DNA of 63,389 nucleotides, filler included, from Octopus bimaculoides (GCF_001194135.2; 8 parts of 6 records of this genome joined end to end with filler, not necessarily neighbours in it); one strand, 5' to 3'; shown: positions 1-14,160, counted from the whole stretch's first letter. Numbers and translations are program-made. The notes: generated from the sequence alone by a model not told the origin.

Positions 1-40
<40 letters not shown>

Positions 41-732
41 TATATAATTATGTATTTATATATGTGTATATATGCATATATATGCATTTGCTTGTGTGTG
101 TGTGTGTGTGTGTGTATGTTTGTGTGTGTACGCGCGCACGTTTATTTTCACAACATAGCACTTGTCGTTTGAGAATGCACGTGTACACCTCATTGTAGTA
201 GTTTGCTCTTCAACATGAACCCGATATATAAATCGCATATAAATGACATATATGTGTTCTATAATGAAGTCGTGATGACAGAAGCCGCTCAGCTATGAAA
301 AATATTACTCCCTAAATAGCGTATGTTATATTTCAAATAGGAAATTCATACCAGCAGGGGTGTCTCTATGTGTGAATATGTTCGTGTGCGCTTTGTAGAT
401 GTGATTAAACTGACGCACTAGCATTTGTATGCGCGTGTTTGCGTGTGGATGAATGCGCGCGCGCGCATGTTTGTGCGTGTGTGAGGGTGTAAGTGGCATT
501 ATATATCATATAGACATTAGACTTTTTCGGCTCTTATTAAGCATGTCTGAAGGCATGATTACATGTATTTATAATATATATGTTTATATACATCATACAT
601 GCACGCGTGCACACTCACACAAAGATACACACAGATATATATTCATACATATTTAATTATTAATTATTACATTCACGTGTCTATATCCGTGGGCTTGTAC
701 ATGTGTGTGTGTGTTTGTGCATATATATATAC

Positions 733-798
<66 letters not shown>

Positions 799-800
<2 letters not shown>

Positions 801-1051
801 GAGAATATACAAATAATAACAACAGACGAGGACAGGTGGTGTAAATAACAAAAGTATATATTAGTATGACGCTCGGGAATACGGAAAGTCTTTGACGTTT
901 CGAGCTACGCTCTTCAACAGAAAGAATACGGAGACAAGGAGAAAAACACGGAGAAAAAAAATTGAATAGTGTTCAGTCAACGGTCAATCATAATAATGGC
1001 CGATCATAACAATGACTGACCGGAAGTTAGAAATTCTTATTTCAGGAGAGC
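799..1051 (-). mobile_element. ~250-bp hammerhead-bearing element inserted in (TA)n (Penelope pLTR-like)
   Basis: Non-microsatellite block flanked on both sides by (TA)n, containing the 889-925 hammerhead; shares GACGCTCGGGAA and the preceding acaac..gaggac block with 55091-55175. Confidence 0.6.
889..925 (-). ncRNA. Minimal type I hammerhead ribozyme (A6U variant)
   Basis: Minus strand UCUUU | CUGUUGA-A | GAGC-GUA-GCUC | GAAA-C-GUC^ | AAAGA: perfect 5-bp stem I, 4-bp stem II, loopless palindromic stem III (ACGU), GUC triplet; one core substitution. Confidence 0.7.
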
Positions 1052-1082
<31 letters not shown>

Positions 1083-1109
1083 CAGATAGACATAGAGAGA
1101 GACAGAGAC

Positions 1110-1142
<33 letters not shown>

Positions 1143-1319
1143 GAGGAGAGAGGCGTATCTTATAGAATGATACCAGTTTTTACACAAATTCTACACACAT
1201 TTATATCTATGAATTTGTTTGTACACTCGGGCTATAAATATATGTATGCGTGTATATGAATTTGCATGTAGGTGTGTGTGTATGTGTGTATTTGTGTGTG
1301 TGCGTGTGTGTTATAAGAG

Positions 1320-1462
1320 GGGTTTCTTTCAGTTTCCGTCTATTAAATCCACTCACATGAAAGTAGCAGAAGACACTTAAGACACCTGGCCAATGTGTCA
1401 CGCAGTGGGATTGAAACCAGAACCATGTGGCTGAAACTACATGGTTCCGGTTTCCACACAGC
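1320..1462 (-). mobile_element. SINE family A head fragment (further fragments near 15629-15716, 18686-18760, 19935-20050, 20960-21095, 21280-21400, 32850-32940, 40555-40612, 41985-42020, 44040-44105)
   Basis: TTCTTTCAGTTTCC...GCAGTGGGATTGAA motifs or the GCATGGCCGCAG tail. Confidence 0.7.
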
Positions 1463-2142
1463 CATATGTATATATGAATGTACGTATGTATGTATGTATG
1501 TATGTATGTATGTATGTATGTATGTATGTGTGCATGTATGTGTGTATGTATGTGTGCATGTATGTGTGTATGTATGTATGTATTTGTACAAGCGCATATT
1601 TAGTTAATCATGTAATCATGTCAATAAATATTTTTCAATTATATCAAGTATCCTTCTACGCGCCGAAAGATTTCCCGAGAGCTCTCAATCAAAAGGGAAA
1701 GCATTGCATTGAGTGGGGTATAATATATGTATTAATGCAGATAGGAATAAAATGAAAAGATACTTGGCAATGACGTCGGTCGGGCGTCTTAGGTAAATGT
1801 GGGTGTATGTGGAGTGAAAGAGATAAACAGAGGGGGTGGGGAGGGAGATAAACAGAAAAGGAGGGGGAATGAGAGAGAAAGAGAGAAAGATTATAATTTC
1901 GCTGCTTAGCCATAAGTTAGACCATAAACCACTTGTTAGATTTCAGTATATTTATAAAGCACAATATTGCTATGTTCAGGCGATGGGTGGCGTGAATTCA
2001 CTGACGTCCTTAGCTCTGGACTTGATTCAACATAAATTAATAAAAGAATGAATGACATAAGGACATTTGCAAGATAATAAATATAATTATGTAACTCCTG
2101 TTCTTTTCATTCATACATAAACACACACACATACTTATACAT

Positions 2143-2173
<31 letters not shown>

Positions 2174-2232
2174 CATATACACACATATATATATATGTAC
2201 ACACTCACACACACACATACACACACACATAC

Positions 2233-2264
<32 letters not shown>

Positions 2265-2931
2265 NNNNNNNNNNNNNNNNNNNNNNNNNNNNNNNNNNNN
2301 NNNNNNNNNNNNNNNNNNNNNNNNNNNNNNNNNNNNNNNNNNNNNNNNNNNNNNNNNNNNNNNNNNNNNNNNNNNNNNNNNNNNNNNNNNNNNNNNNNNN
2401 NNNNNNNNNNNNNNNNNNNNNNNNNTATATGTATGTATAGATGTATATGTATAGATGTATGCACACACATATATATACATATGTATGTCTGTATGTATCT
2501 GTGATCAATATTGAAAATAGGTTCAAAATGCATAAAATTTTTATATATACATATATATATTTTGCATAATTTAAGCAAGTTTAACTTTTTAACATAAAAG
2601 AAAATTAGTTTTATTCTATATATTTATATGTATGAGAATTAAAATAGAAAATACGTTTTCACGGAATAAACGTGAAAATACATTAAGGCAAGTTTGACAT
2701 ATACAACACAAGTAAAAATGCAAGAAAGAAAAACAAAAGGAATCACATGTTACTTCGTCTTTTGTGAAACTCAGTACTAAGGCTGTTGCTAAATTTATGA
2801 TAAATTCCTTAATCATTTGGGATTTTAGGCTTTGTCTAGCCGCTTATTCAATCAGCCGTAGGGCAAAGCTGACTAGATAAGCTGTCAAACGAAACTTAAG
2901 ATACAAGTCACAACAAATTTTATATAATATG

Positions 2932-3152
2932 CCTTTAGCATTTAAACCGACTATATCAGACCAAAGTTTTCTTCCTGTTTCATGTTGAAACCAGCTAGAT
3001 CTGGCCTCTCTCACCTACTCTACTATGTCATTGTAAAAACAAAGTCACATCATCAAAATCTGGGAGCAACAAGATAATCCATGCTTAATTCAAAACAATG
3101 TGAATGAATAAGCATTACATTTAAAAGAATAATTTGAATGCTAGAGAGTTAA
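2932..3152. mobile_element. piggyBac-like MITE
   Basis: Imperfect TIRs CCTTTAGCATT / AATGCTAGAGAG followed by TTAA on the right; ~220 bp, non-coding. Confidence 0.5.
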
Positions 3153-4098
3153 TCTGCAAAAACATACGTCCATAACATCAGCCACCGAATCATGCTACAC
3201 CGTTTTTTAAGCTCATCTAAGATAATGTAACCAGAGACGGCATGGCTGATTTTCATTACAAATCTGATCGATTAAAGATAACCTACTATTTAAAAATCAA
3301 GCAAACAGCTTTCCAAACATGCTTCAACCAGTATTAGATACATACTGCATCAGAAATTGGGACGATGGAATTATAATACATTATCAATAAGCACAGCTCT
3401 GCGCTGGATCGAACCTAACCTTTTGGTTGGTTGATTTGTAACAAAGCAACTCGGCAAATCTGTAATATTCAGACTCATATTACGAATATTTATACTATTG
3501 ACATGTCAGGAATAAAATACAAACTATCAAGTTCGAAATGAAATAGAGAACAGAGACTGAAAAGTAGAAAACTTGGTTCCTACGTGGATACTCTATCTGT
3601 TTGAAATAATCAAATCCTCCCTTATATCACGTCGTAATGTCTTAAAATGCAAAACATATTCGATAATTGTAGTTCGAAGTACACAGAAATAGAAAGTGAA
3701 AGAGAAAGAGAAAATAATGATGATCTGGAAAGATATTGGTCGGAGTTGGCCATCGTAAGGGACATGAACAAGAGCAAAATCATCATCATTATCAAGAAAA
3801 TTAACTACAACAACAACAACAGTATCAACAACAACATCAACAACAACACCAATAATAACAACAACGCGTATAAGTTAAACCAACTTGTACATGTTGTTCT
3901 TTTACTTCACTCCCACTCCAGTTAGTTATCTATTTAACGAGGAACGACATTAATCTTTGAAGAAAAAACTGTGTCTAACAAATTTTTGGTGCACATATTT
4001 TGGAAGCTAATCCAACAAAGGTTTCTGAGGAACCAATTTGAAAGAGCCCTCAGGAAATGTTGTAAAGAATTTGGACCAAAATACTACTGTCGTGTGGA

Positions 4099-4168
<70 letters not shown>

Positions 4169-4581
4169 AAGAGAGGGGGGAAGAGAGACAAACAGACAGA
4201 GACAGAGACAGAGACAGAGAGACAGAGAGGATCGTCTTGGCCATCCGAACTGTTTGAATTAACACTTAAATCTCCTTCAAATGTCACCTTACCTTCTTAG
4301 AAAAGAATGACACATAGCATAATGGAGTCCGTGGTGAAATGTGTTTGAGAAAAAGACATATACATACGAGAGGAGCTGAAAAGTTTCTGGTTATCAGTAA
4401 AAGAAATACAGTTAATTATGATTTTATTCAACGTATTTCCCTCTCAGATTCACACACTTATTGCAGCGGTCCTTCAGTTTCTCTAAGCCCTGTAAAAGAA
4501 CTCGGAAAGTTGAGCCGCCAGCCAGGCCTTTCGCGATACCTTTAAAACCGGGAATTTTTTCTGCTTCCCCACGTATGTGTA

Positions 4582-4643
<62 letters not shown>

Positions 4644-4760
4644 GCTATCTATCTATCTACTTACCTACCTACCTATCTGTCTGTCTGTCTGTCTGTCTGT
4701 CTGTTTACCTATCTATCTATCTACACACACGCGCGCACAATTAGGCTTAACATATGTAAA

Positions 4761-4833
<73 letters not shown>

Positions 4834-5644
4834 ATATATAAATATACACACATATACACATATAGATACACATAAATTTAGACACAAATAACTAAATATA
4901 TTCTGAAGATAAACACATATGTACAAGCATGTGGATATTTATATATATCGACATAAAAAATTACTTTTACATAGAGCATAAAAATACAGAAAACTAAGGG
5001 AAGAATGCATAGTTTTCTTTTTTGAACTCGACAGCTATCTCTGGGTTCTTGGAATTACATAATAGTTGTAATGTTCATAATTAGCAGATGGAATGTGCAA
5101 AATGTCATGGATATGCAGCCCGTAGAAACAGTAACGTAATACCGGCTTCCTTCGTCACGAGGGAAAAACCGGCAGATAGCAGTTCACATCATGGTGCGAG
5201 AGATTTAAATGGGAAAGGACAATAAAAACGTCTGACCTAGGCGTATTTCTGCTGAGTGAGACCATGTGGGAATTAAATAACAAAATCACCGCCACCACAA
5301 GCAACAACAATAACAACGATTCCTATTATATAAAATTTGGCAGAGGAAGGATACTATCAGCGTAATCAGTCCCAGTGATGGCTCGTAGTTATTTTATCGA
5401 GTGTAGTAAGTTGAAGGGTAAAATTGGAACCTAGTGGTCCGACACTCTGCTATCGATAGAATGTAAGAAAGTTTAGAATAGCAAAGAAGACGTTAACAAC
5501 AACAATAACGACAGCAGCAATAACAACGACGACGCCGACGCCAAAAGCAATAAGAACAAAATCAGCAACAACAAGAACAACAATTACTCTTATGAGATTA
5601 TTGAAGTGAAAGCAGACGTAGTGAAGAATGTTTATTTGGAAACA

Positions 5645-5731
5645 TTTCTTCTTCTTCTTCTTCTTCTTCTTCTTCTTCTTCATCTTCTTCTTCTTCTTCT
5701 TCTTCTTCTTCTTCTTCTTCTTCTTCTTCTT

Positions 5732-5799
<68 letters not shown>

Positions 5800-6318
5800 A
5801 AGAGGCCATGCGTTGGACCCGTCTGAAAGACTTGAAGACAGACACATTCCTATCTGGTCAAGCCCTCATCAATTTCTTCAAATATCATTTGAATAGGAAG
5901 GTAATGTTAGAGAGGGAGCTGCTGCCTTCTAATGTATTTATCCAAAGATGGTCGAAAGTGGCAAAACTGAATGGTTCTACTCTGAATATGCTTTTCAAAG
6001 CAGGAGGAAAGAAACTAGAAGAGGGCATTTTCCCATGCCTTGGAGATGGCCGAGTAATCCGGGATTGTTGCGTGGGGTTTACCCCGGATTACCCAAAGTT
6101 GACTGCCTCGCTATTGGAGATTCTATTTATTTATTATTTATTTCTCTACTTTCTATTATATACCTTCTGTTATAACCTTTAATGTGGTAGCATCTCCCCT
6201 TGATTGATGATAACCCCACACGTTTTTGTAATTTTTTTTGTGCTCTAACTCGTTCTTCGATATTGTCCTCCATGTCTTGGGCCCTTGTGGTCAACGAAAG
6301 AAATTATTATCATTATTA

Positions 6319-6364
<46 letters not shown>

Positions 6365-6465
6365 TATTATTGTTGTTGTTGTTGTTGTTGTTGTTGTCGT
6401 CGTCGTCGTCGTCGTCTTCATCATCATCATCATCATCACCATCACCATCACCATCATCATCATCA

Positions 6466-6509
<44 letters not shown>

Positions 6510-7640
6510 GTTGTTGTTGTTGTTGTTGTTGTTATTATCATTATTATTATCATTATTACCATAATTATTATTATTGTTATTATTATTATTATTATNNNNN
6601 NNNNNNNNNNNNNNNNNNNNNNNNNNNNNNNNNNNNNNNNNNNNNNNNNNNNNNNNNNNNNNNNNNNNNNNNNNNNNNNNNNNNNNNNNNNNNNNNNNNN
6701 NNNNNNNNNNNNNNNNNNNNNNNNNNNNNNNNNNNNNNNNNNNNNNNNNNNNNNNNNNNNNNNNNNNNNNNNNNNNNNNNNNNNNNNNNNNNNNNNNNNN
6801 NNNNNNNNNNNNNNNNNNNNNNNNNNNNNNNNNNNNNNNNNNNNNNNNNNNNNNNNNNNNNNNNNNNNNNNNNNNNNNNNNNNNNNNNNNNNNNNNNNNN
6901 NNNNNNNNNNNNNNNNNNNNNNNNNNNNNNNNNNNNNNNNNNNNNNNNNNNNNNNNNNNNNNNNNNNNNNNNNNNNNNNNNNNNNNNNNNNNNNNNNNNN
7001 NNNNNNNNNNNNNNNNNNNNNNNNNNNNNNNNNNNNNNNNNNNNNNNNNNNNNNNNNNNNNNNNNNNNNNNNNNNNNNNNNNNNNNNNNNNNNNNNNNNN
7101 NNNNNNNNNNNNNNNNNNNNNNNNNNNNNNNNNNNNNNNNNNNNNNNNNNNNNNNNNNNNNNNNNNNNNNNNNNNNNNNNNNNNNNNNNNNNNNNNNNNN
7201 NNNNNNNNNNNNNNNNNNNNNNNNNNNNNNNNNNNNNNNNNNNNNNNNNNNNNNNNNNNNNNNNNNNNNNNNNNNNNNNNNNNNNNNNNNNNNNNNNNNN
7301 NNNNNNNNNNNNNNNNNNNNNNNNNNNNNNNNNNNNNNNNNNNNNNNNNNNNNNNNNNNNNNNNNNNNNNNNNNNNNNNNNNNNNNNNNNNNNNNNNNNN
7401 NNNNNNNNNNNNNNNNNNNNNNNNNNNNNNNNNNNNNNNNNNNNNNNNNNNNNNNNNNNNNNNNNNNNNNNNNNNNNNNNNNNNNNNNNNNNNNNNNNNN
7501 NNNNNNNNNNNNNNNNNNNNNNNNNNNNNNNNNNNNNNNNNNNNNNNNNNNNNNNNNNNNNNNNNNNNNNNNNNNNNNNNNNNNNNNNNACTTTCCTGAT
7601 TATTCTGGCTGTGTCAAGGAGGCAAACTTTTATAACAGTT

Positions 7641-7733
<93 letters not shown>

Positions 7734-7890
7734 TCGTTTTTGTTGTTGATGTTGTTGTTGTTGGTGTTGTTGTTGTTAATGTTGTTGTGGCAGCCAACAT
7801 TAACAGACCACTGATGATGCTGATTAACAAGATAATAATGATAATAATGAGCAAGACCAATAAGGCAAAAGCATGGCTGATGATGATGAC

Positions 7891-7938
<48 letters not shown>

Positions 7939-7975
7939 CATGACGATGACGACGGTGACGACGGTGATGAGGAGG
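5645..7975. repeat. Compound trinucleotide microsatellites (CTT, ATT, GTT, GTC, ATC, ACC, CTA, GAT) around the Tx1-like insert and a gap
   Basis: Direct inspection. Confidence 0.95.
5798..6303 (+). mobile_element. Tx1/L1-clade LINE 3' end (ORF2 C-terminus plus 3' UTR), 5'-truncated
   Basis: KEAMRWTRLK...LINFFKYHLNRKVMLER..LPSNVFIQRW..VA follows the L1/Tx1 C-terminal K..IW..R...F..RW pattern; flanked by (ATT)n on both sides. Confidence 0.65.
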
Positions 7976-8212
7976 TAACGTAGGGAACATAAAACAACTC
8001 AATCTTGTTTATTGAAACGCTTGGACAATGGAACATAAATAGACTATAAAGTTACATAAACCGAAGATGTATGATAAATTCCATAATACAAATAATGAAA
8101 TGTTCGCATTATCTCGCAGTCGCGTGAAATACTTTAAATCATTGCCACCTAATATATTCGCATCGAAAATATATAAATGCAGTTACGCGAACATATATAT
8201 ATATGTGTGTGT

Positions 8213-8251
<39 letters not shown>

Positions 8252-8461
8252 CACATGCATACACATACATATATATATGTATGTGTATATATATATATAT
8301 GTGAGTGCGTGTGTGTGTGCGTGTGTGTGTGTGTGTGCGTGTGTGTATGTGTGCGTGTGTGTGTGTGCGCGTGTGTGTGTGTGTGTGTATTTATGTAAGT
8401 GTAGACTTATGTTTGCGTGCATGTATTTGTGTAGGTATGCATATATATACATCCATATATC

Positions 8462-8522
<61 letters not shown>

Positions 8523-8555
8523 CATATACATATATCTTTTATTCATATATACATA

Positions 8556-8635
<80 letters not shown>

Positions 8636-11101
8636 NNNNNNNNNNNNNNNNNNNNNNNNNNNNNNNNNNNNNNNNNNNNNNNNNNNNNNNNNNNNNNNNN
8701 NNNNNNNNNNNNNNNNNNNNNNNNNNNNNNNNNNNNNNNNNNNNNNNNNNNNNNNNNNNNNNNNNNNNNNNNNNNNNNNNNNNNNNNNNNNNNNNNNNNN
8801 NNNNNNNNNNNNNNNNNNNNNNNNNNNNNNNNNNNNNNNNNNNNNNNNNNNNNNNNNNNNNNNNNNNNNNNNNNNNNNNNNNNNNNNNNNNNNNNNNNNN
8901 NNNNNNNNNNNNNNNNNNNNNNNNNNNNNNNNNNNNNNNNNNNNNNNNNNNNNNNNNNNNNNNNNNNNNNNNNNNNNNNNNNNNNNNNNNNNNNNNNNNN
9001 NNNNNNNNNNNNNNNNNNNNNNNNNNNNNNNNNNNNNNNNNNNNNNNNNNNNNNNNNNNNNNNNNNNNNNNNNNNNNNNNNNNNNNNNNNNNNNNNNNNN
9101 NNNNNNNNNNNNNNNNNNNNNNNNNNNNNNNNNNNNNNNNNNNNNNNNNNNNNNNNNNNNNNNNNNNNNNNNNNNNNNNNNNNNNNNNNNNNNNNNNNNN
9201 NNNNNNNNNNNNNNNNNNNNNNNNNNNNNNNNNNNNNNNNNNNNNNNNNNNNNNNNNNNNNNNNNNNNNNNNNNNNNNNNNNNNNNNNNNNNNNNNNNNA
9301 ATTAATAGCTAAGATTTTTATATAGATAATATTAACACTTATACATTTAGACATAACATTTCAAGAGGTTCATTCACATATGCGTTTGTACGTGTATGTC
9401 TATCTGTGTGTATGTGTGTGTACGTGTATGTATATGTGTGTGTATCTGTGTGTGTGAGTGTGTCTGTGTATGTGTGCGTGTGTACGTATGTGTATAAATG
9501 TATATATTTTTTGTGTGTGTGTATGGATGTATGTAAACAACGTTTATTGCTATTAGACCTAACAGTGACTACTTAGTCAACACTATACGCAAAGTACTTT
9601 CATACATTATTAATATATAGCAGTATAACATTATTATATTAACAGTAGTCATATATATATATATATATATATAAATATATATATNNNNNNNNNNATACAT
9701 ATATACATATATACACACACACATTATATATATATATATATATAGACACACATACATACACACATACATACACACATACAGAGTGAAAGAGAGAGAGAGC
9801 CAAAGTAGAAGAAAAAGTAAACAGACCGACAGACAGAAAGACGGACAGACAGGCAGACAGACAGGCTGGCAGACAGACAGACAGACAGACAGACAGATAG
9901 ATAGCTAGATAGATAGATAGATAAAACGGTTGAGTGTTAGATGGATAGTTTAGCGGATCTAGAGATACGTTAACAACATTTAAATTAATAGCTAAGATTT
10001 TTATATAGATAATATTAACACTTATACATTTAGACATAACATTTCAAGAGGTTCATTCACATATGCGTTTGTACGTGTATGTCTATCTGTGTGTATGTGT
10101 GTGTACGTGTATGTATATGTGTGTGTATCTGTGTGTGTGAGTGTGTCTGTGTATGTGTGCGTGTGTACGTATGTGTATAAATGTATATATTTTTTGTGTG
10201 TGTGTATGGATGTATGTAAACAACGTTTATTGCTATTAGACCTAACAGTGACTACTTAGTCANNNNNNNNNNNNNNNNNNNNNNNNNNNNNNNNNNNNNN
10301 NNNNNNNNNNNNNNNNNNNNNNNNNNNNNNNNNNNNNNNNNNNNNNNNNNNNNNNNNNNNNNNNNNNNNNNNNNNNNNNNNNNNNNNNNNNNNNNNNNNN
10401 NNNNNNNNNNNNNNNNNNNNNNNNNNNNNNNNNNNNNNNNNNNNNNNNNNNNNNNNNNNNNNNNNNNNNNNNNNNNNNNNNNNNNNNNNNNNNNNNNNNN
10501 NNNNNNNNNNNNNNNNNNNNNNNNNNNNNNNNNNNNNNNNNNNNNNNNNNNNNNNNNNNNNNNNNNNNNNNNNNNNNNNNNNNNNNNNNNNNNNNNNNNN
10601 NNNNNNNNNNNNNNNNNNNNNNNNNNNNNNNNNNNNNNNNNNNNNNNNNNNNNNNNNNNNNNNNNNNNNNNNNNNNNNNNNNNNNNNNNNNNNNNNNNNN
10701 NNNNNNNNNNNNNNNNNNNNNNNNNNNNNNNNNNNNNNNNNNNNNNNNNNNNNNNNNNNNNNNNNNNNNNNNNNNNNNNNNNNNNNNNNNNNNNNNNNNN
10801 NNNNNNNNNNNNNNNNNNNNNNNNNNNNNNNNNNNNNNNNNNNNNNNNNNNNNNNNNNNNNNNNNNNNNNNNNNNNNNNNNNNNNNNNNNNNNNNNNNNN
10901 NNNNNNNNNNNNNNNNNNNNNNNNNNNNNNNNNNNNNNNNNNNNNNNNNNNNNNNNNNNNNNNNNNNNNNNNNNNNNNNNNNNNNNNNNNNNNNNNNNNN
11001 NNNNNNNNNNNNNNNNNNNNNNNNNNNNNNNNNNNNNNNNNNNNNNNNNNNNNNNNNNNNNNNNNNNNNNNNNNNNNNNNNNNNNNNNNNNNNNNNNNNN
11101 N

Positions 11102-11156
<55 letters not shown>

Positions 11157-11460
11157 GTGTGTGTGTGTGTGTATGTATGTATGTGAAGAGCGTTTATGGC
11201 TATTAGATCTATCACCTGACTACTTATTCAGCGCTATTTGTAAACTTTCATACGCTACAGTAATGCAATTACTGTTGTGTTGCATTTATATTACACTACT
11301 TGAGAAAACGTATTTAATACACAAGCATACACATGCGTATGAATGTATGCCAACCTCTATGTATATGAGTGTATGTGCATTTGTATACATACATGCATAT
11401 ATGTGTGTATATATGTGTATATAAATGTATATATTTATATGTATATCTATGTACATACAA

Positions 11461-11539
<79 letters not shown>

Positions 11540-11563
11540 AATAATAAATATATATATTATATA

Positions 11564-11601
<38 letters not shown>

Positions 11602-12608
11602 TATATATATATACATACATCCATACATTCATACATAGAAGTATATACACGTATATGCACATAAATATGCGCGTATATATGTATAAATTTAGAATCATGT
11701 TTTTATATAAAAATATATTTATAAACATATATACATGCATATAAACAAAATCAGATGTGTGCCTATGTATATGTGTGTGCGTGTGTGTGTGATTTCATAT
11801 GCAACTTTATAGTGTATATACATTTTGAGGGGGACTTTTCTATTTATAAATATATACAACACAGTCGCATACATACATACATAATTACACGCGTACGCAT
11901 AAAACTCACACACGTACATAACATACACTCACACACTCACATATATAAGAATATACGTATTTATACATTTATATATTTAATTATACCAGATATTGGTAAA
12001 AGTTTTAGGTATAATAAAGAGTGATTCACCCGCTAAGATATGACCATATTCAATAAGAACAGAAGTGATATTTATGACAATGGAACAATTTATTTTCTAG
12101 ACGTTACTAGAACACACTCGATTGTTAAAGAGTCACTTATGGTACCGGGAAAACAGGATGGAATCACTTACCTGTATGAAATGCCTTCGGAAAATTTAAG
12201 ACTGTGTAGAAAGTGGAAGAGAAAAATGGGAGAGGATATATTTTTCATTGGAATCGAATATAGTTATAACTGTTATTACTTTTACTAATATTACTCATTT
12301 TTAGTTCATTATAATTATTTATGACATTTTTACTTTCGTTTTCAACATTTTCTGTCATCTTTTTTCTTTTGTTTTTGGTCATATAAAGATACATTATCAT
12401 ATACAACAAACCACAAACCATTAAAATATCTGTTAATTTTTACCTTGGTAAAGACAATTGTGACTTGAAAAGCGATTGTAAAGCATACATACATACATAC
12501 ACACACACACATTTATATAAAATACATAGATATACGTTTATACGTAGATATGTATATATGTATACATATATATATAAACAGGTAGATAAAGATATACATA
12601 GATATATA

Positions 12609-12648
<40 letters not shown>

Positions 12649-13234
12649 NNNNNNNNNNNNNNNNNNNNNNNNNNNNNNNNNNNNNNNNNNNNNNNNNNNN
12701 NNNNNNNNNNNNNNNNNNNNNNNNNNNNNNNNNNNNNNNNNNNNNNNNNNNNNNNNNNNNNNNNNNNNNNNNNNNNNNNNNNNNNNNNNNNNNNNNNNNN
12801 NNNNNNNNNNNNNNNNNNNNNNNNNNNNNNNNATATATATGCAAGTATGTATGTATATTATATATAGGGATAGATACAGATAAATATATATATATGCTGA
12901 TATATATGGATCGATATACATATAAATACATACAGGCACATACACACGCACATACACACACGCACATACACACACGCACAACTATATAATGCATAAATAT
13001 ATAGACAAATAAAGAGTACACACCCATACACACATACACACACCCCTGTTCACTGTCCATAGACTGAAAAGCGATAAAATAGAATATAGTTATTATTGTA
13101 GAATGTTACATTAAGATATACGTGCAATCATACACCCGAACATAAAGATAGTCTTTCTTATAGATCCATCCATACGTTATATTACATACACACATACATA
13201 CTTACGTACGTACATACATACATACATACATACA

Positions 13235-13268
<34 letters not shown>

Positions 13269-13512
13269 CATACATACATTGGTAAAGGCATAACAGAAAC
13301 CGTGTAAGCTTTATGAAGGACACTCAACCTTCCTAGGATATGAACCTTTTTATACTTATGTGATAATGCAATGCAATCGACACTATAGTTTTGGACCTTC
13401 GTTTTATGTACCATGATTAAGAAACAATAAAACAATAGAAACATCCACATTCAGTTATATAAATACATAAACACATACATACATACATACATATATACAT
13501 ACAAACATATAT

Positions 13513-13566
<54 letters not shown>

Positions 13567-13610
13567 GATATATATACACGCATATGTACATATATATATA
13601 TATATATATA

Positions 13611-13710
13611 NNNNNNNNNNNNNNNNNNNNNNNNNNNNNNNNNNNNNNNNNNNNTTAATTAATTAANNNNNNNNNNNNNNNNNNNNNNNNNNNNNNNNNN
13701 NNNNNNNNNN
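13611..13710. other. Artificial scaffold linker N44-TTAATTAATTAA-N44
   Basis: 12-mer at 13655-13666. Confidence 0.95.
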
Positions 13711-13926
13711 CATACACACACGCACACACACAAACAAAATACAAAACTCACCAACTGCCCTTGGCATGCAAGTTAAACCCCCCCTAAATCTTAAGGCATA
13801 ATTGAATAACCTTTAAAGCTATTTAATAATAATGTTGCTTAACCCTAGGTCATCCCCAATTGGGTAGTAGCTTCATATAAACAAGAGCATACCAGCAATG
13901 ACTATTTCCTTCTTTTGGTGTTCCTT

Positions 13927-14160
13927 CTTATTTCTTTTATTGTCCACAAGGGGCTAAACATAGAGGGGACAAACAAGGACAGACAAAGGGATTAAGTCGA
14001 TTACATCGACACCAGTGCGTAACTGGTACTTAATTTATCGACCCCGAAAGTATGGAAGGCAAAGTTGACCTCGGCGGAATTTGAACTCAGAACATAATGG
14101 CAGACAAAATACCGCTAAGCATTTCGCCCGGCGTGCTAATGTTTCTGCCAGCTCGCTGCC
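13927..14160 (-). mobile_element. SINE family C, tail type 1
   Basis: Full-length reverse complement of 27357-27588. Confidence 0.88.

Noticed and set aside
2868-2905. CTGACTA...GAAACTTAAGAT
   Set aside because: G8 missing, stem III interrupted, no stem I pairing.
9300-10262. Identical 280-bp direct repeat (9300-9579 and 9983-10262)
   Set aside because: 100% identical, with outer ends at gap edges and a 10-N gap between; best explained as two overlapping contigs placed in the wrong order.
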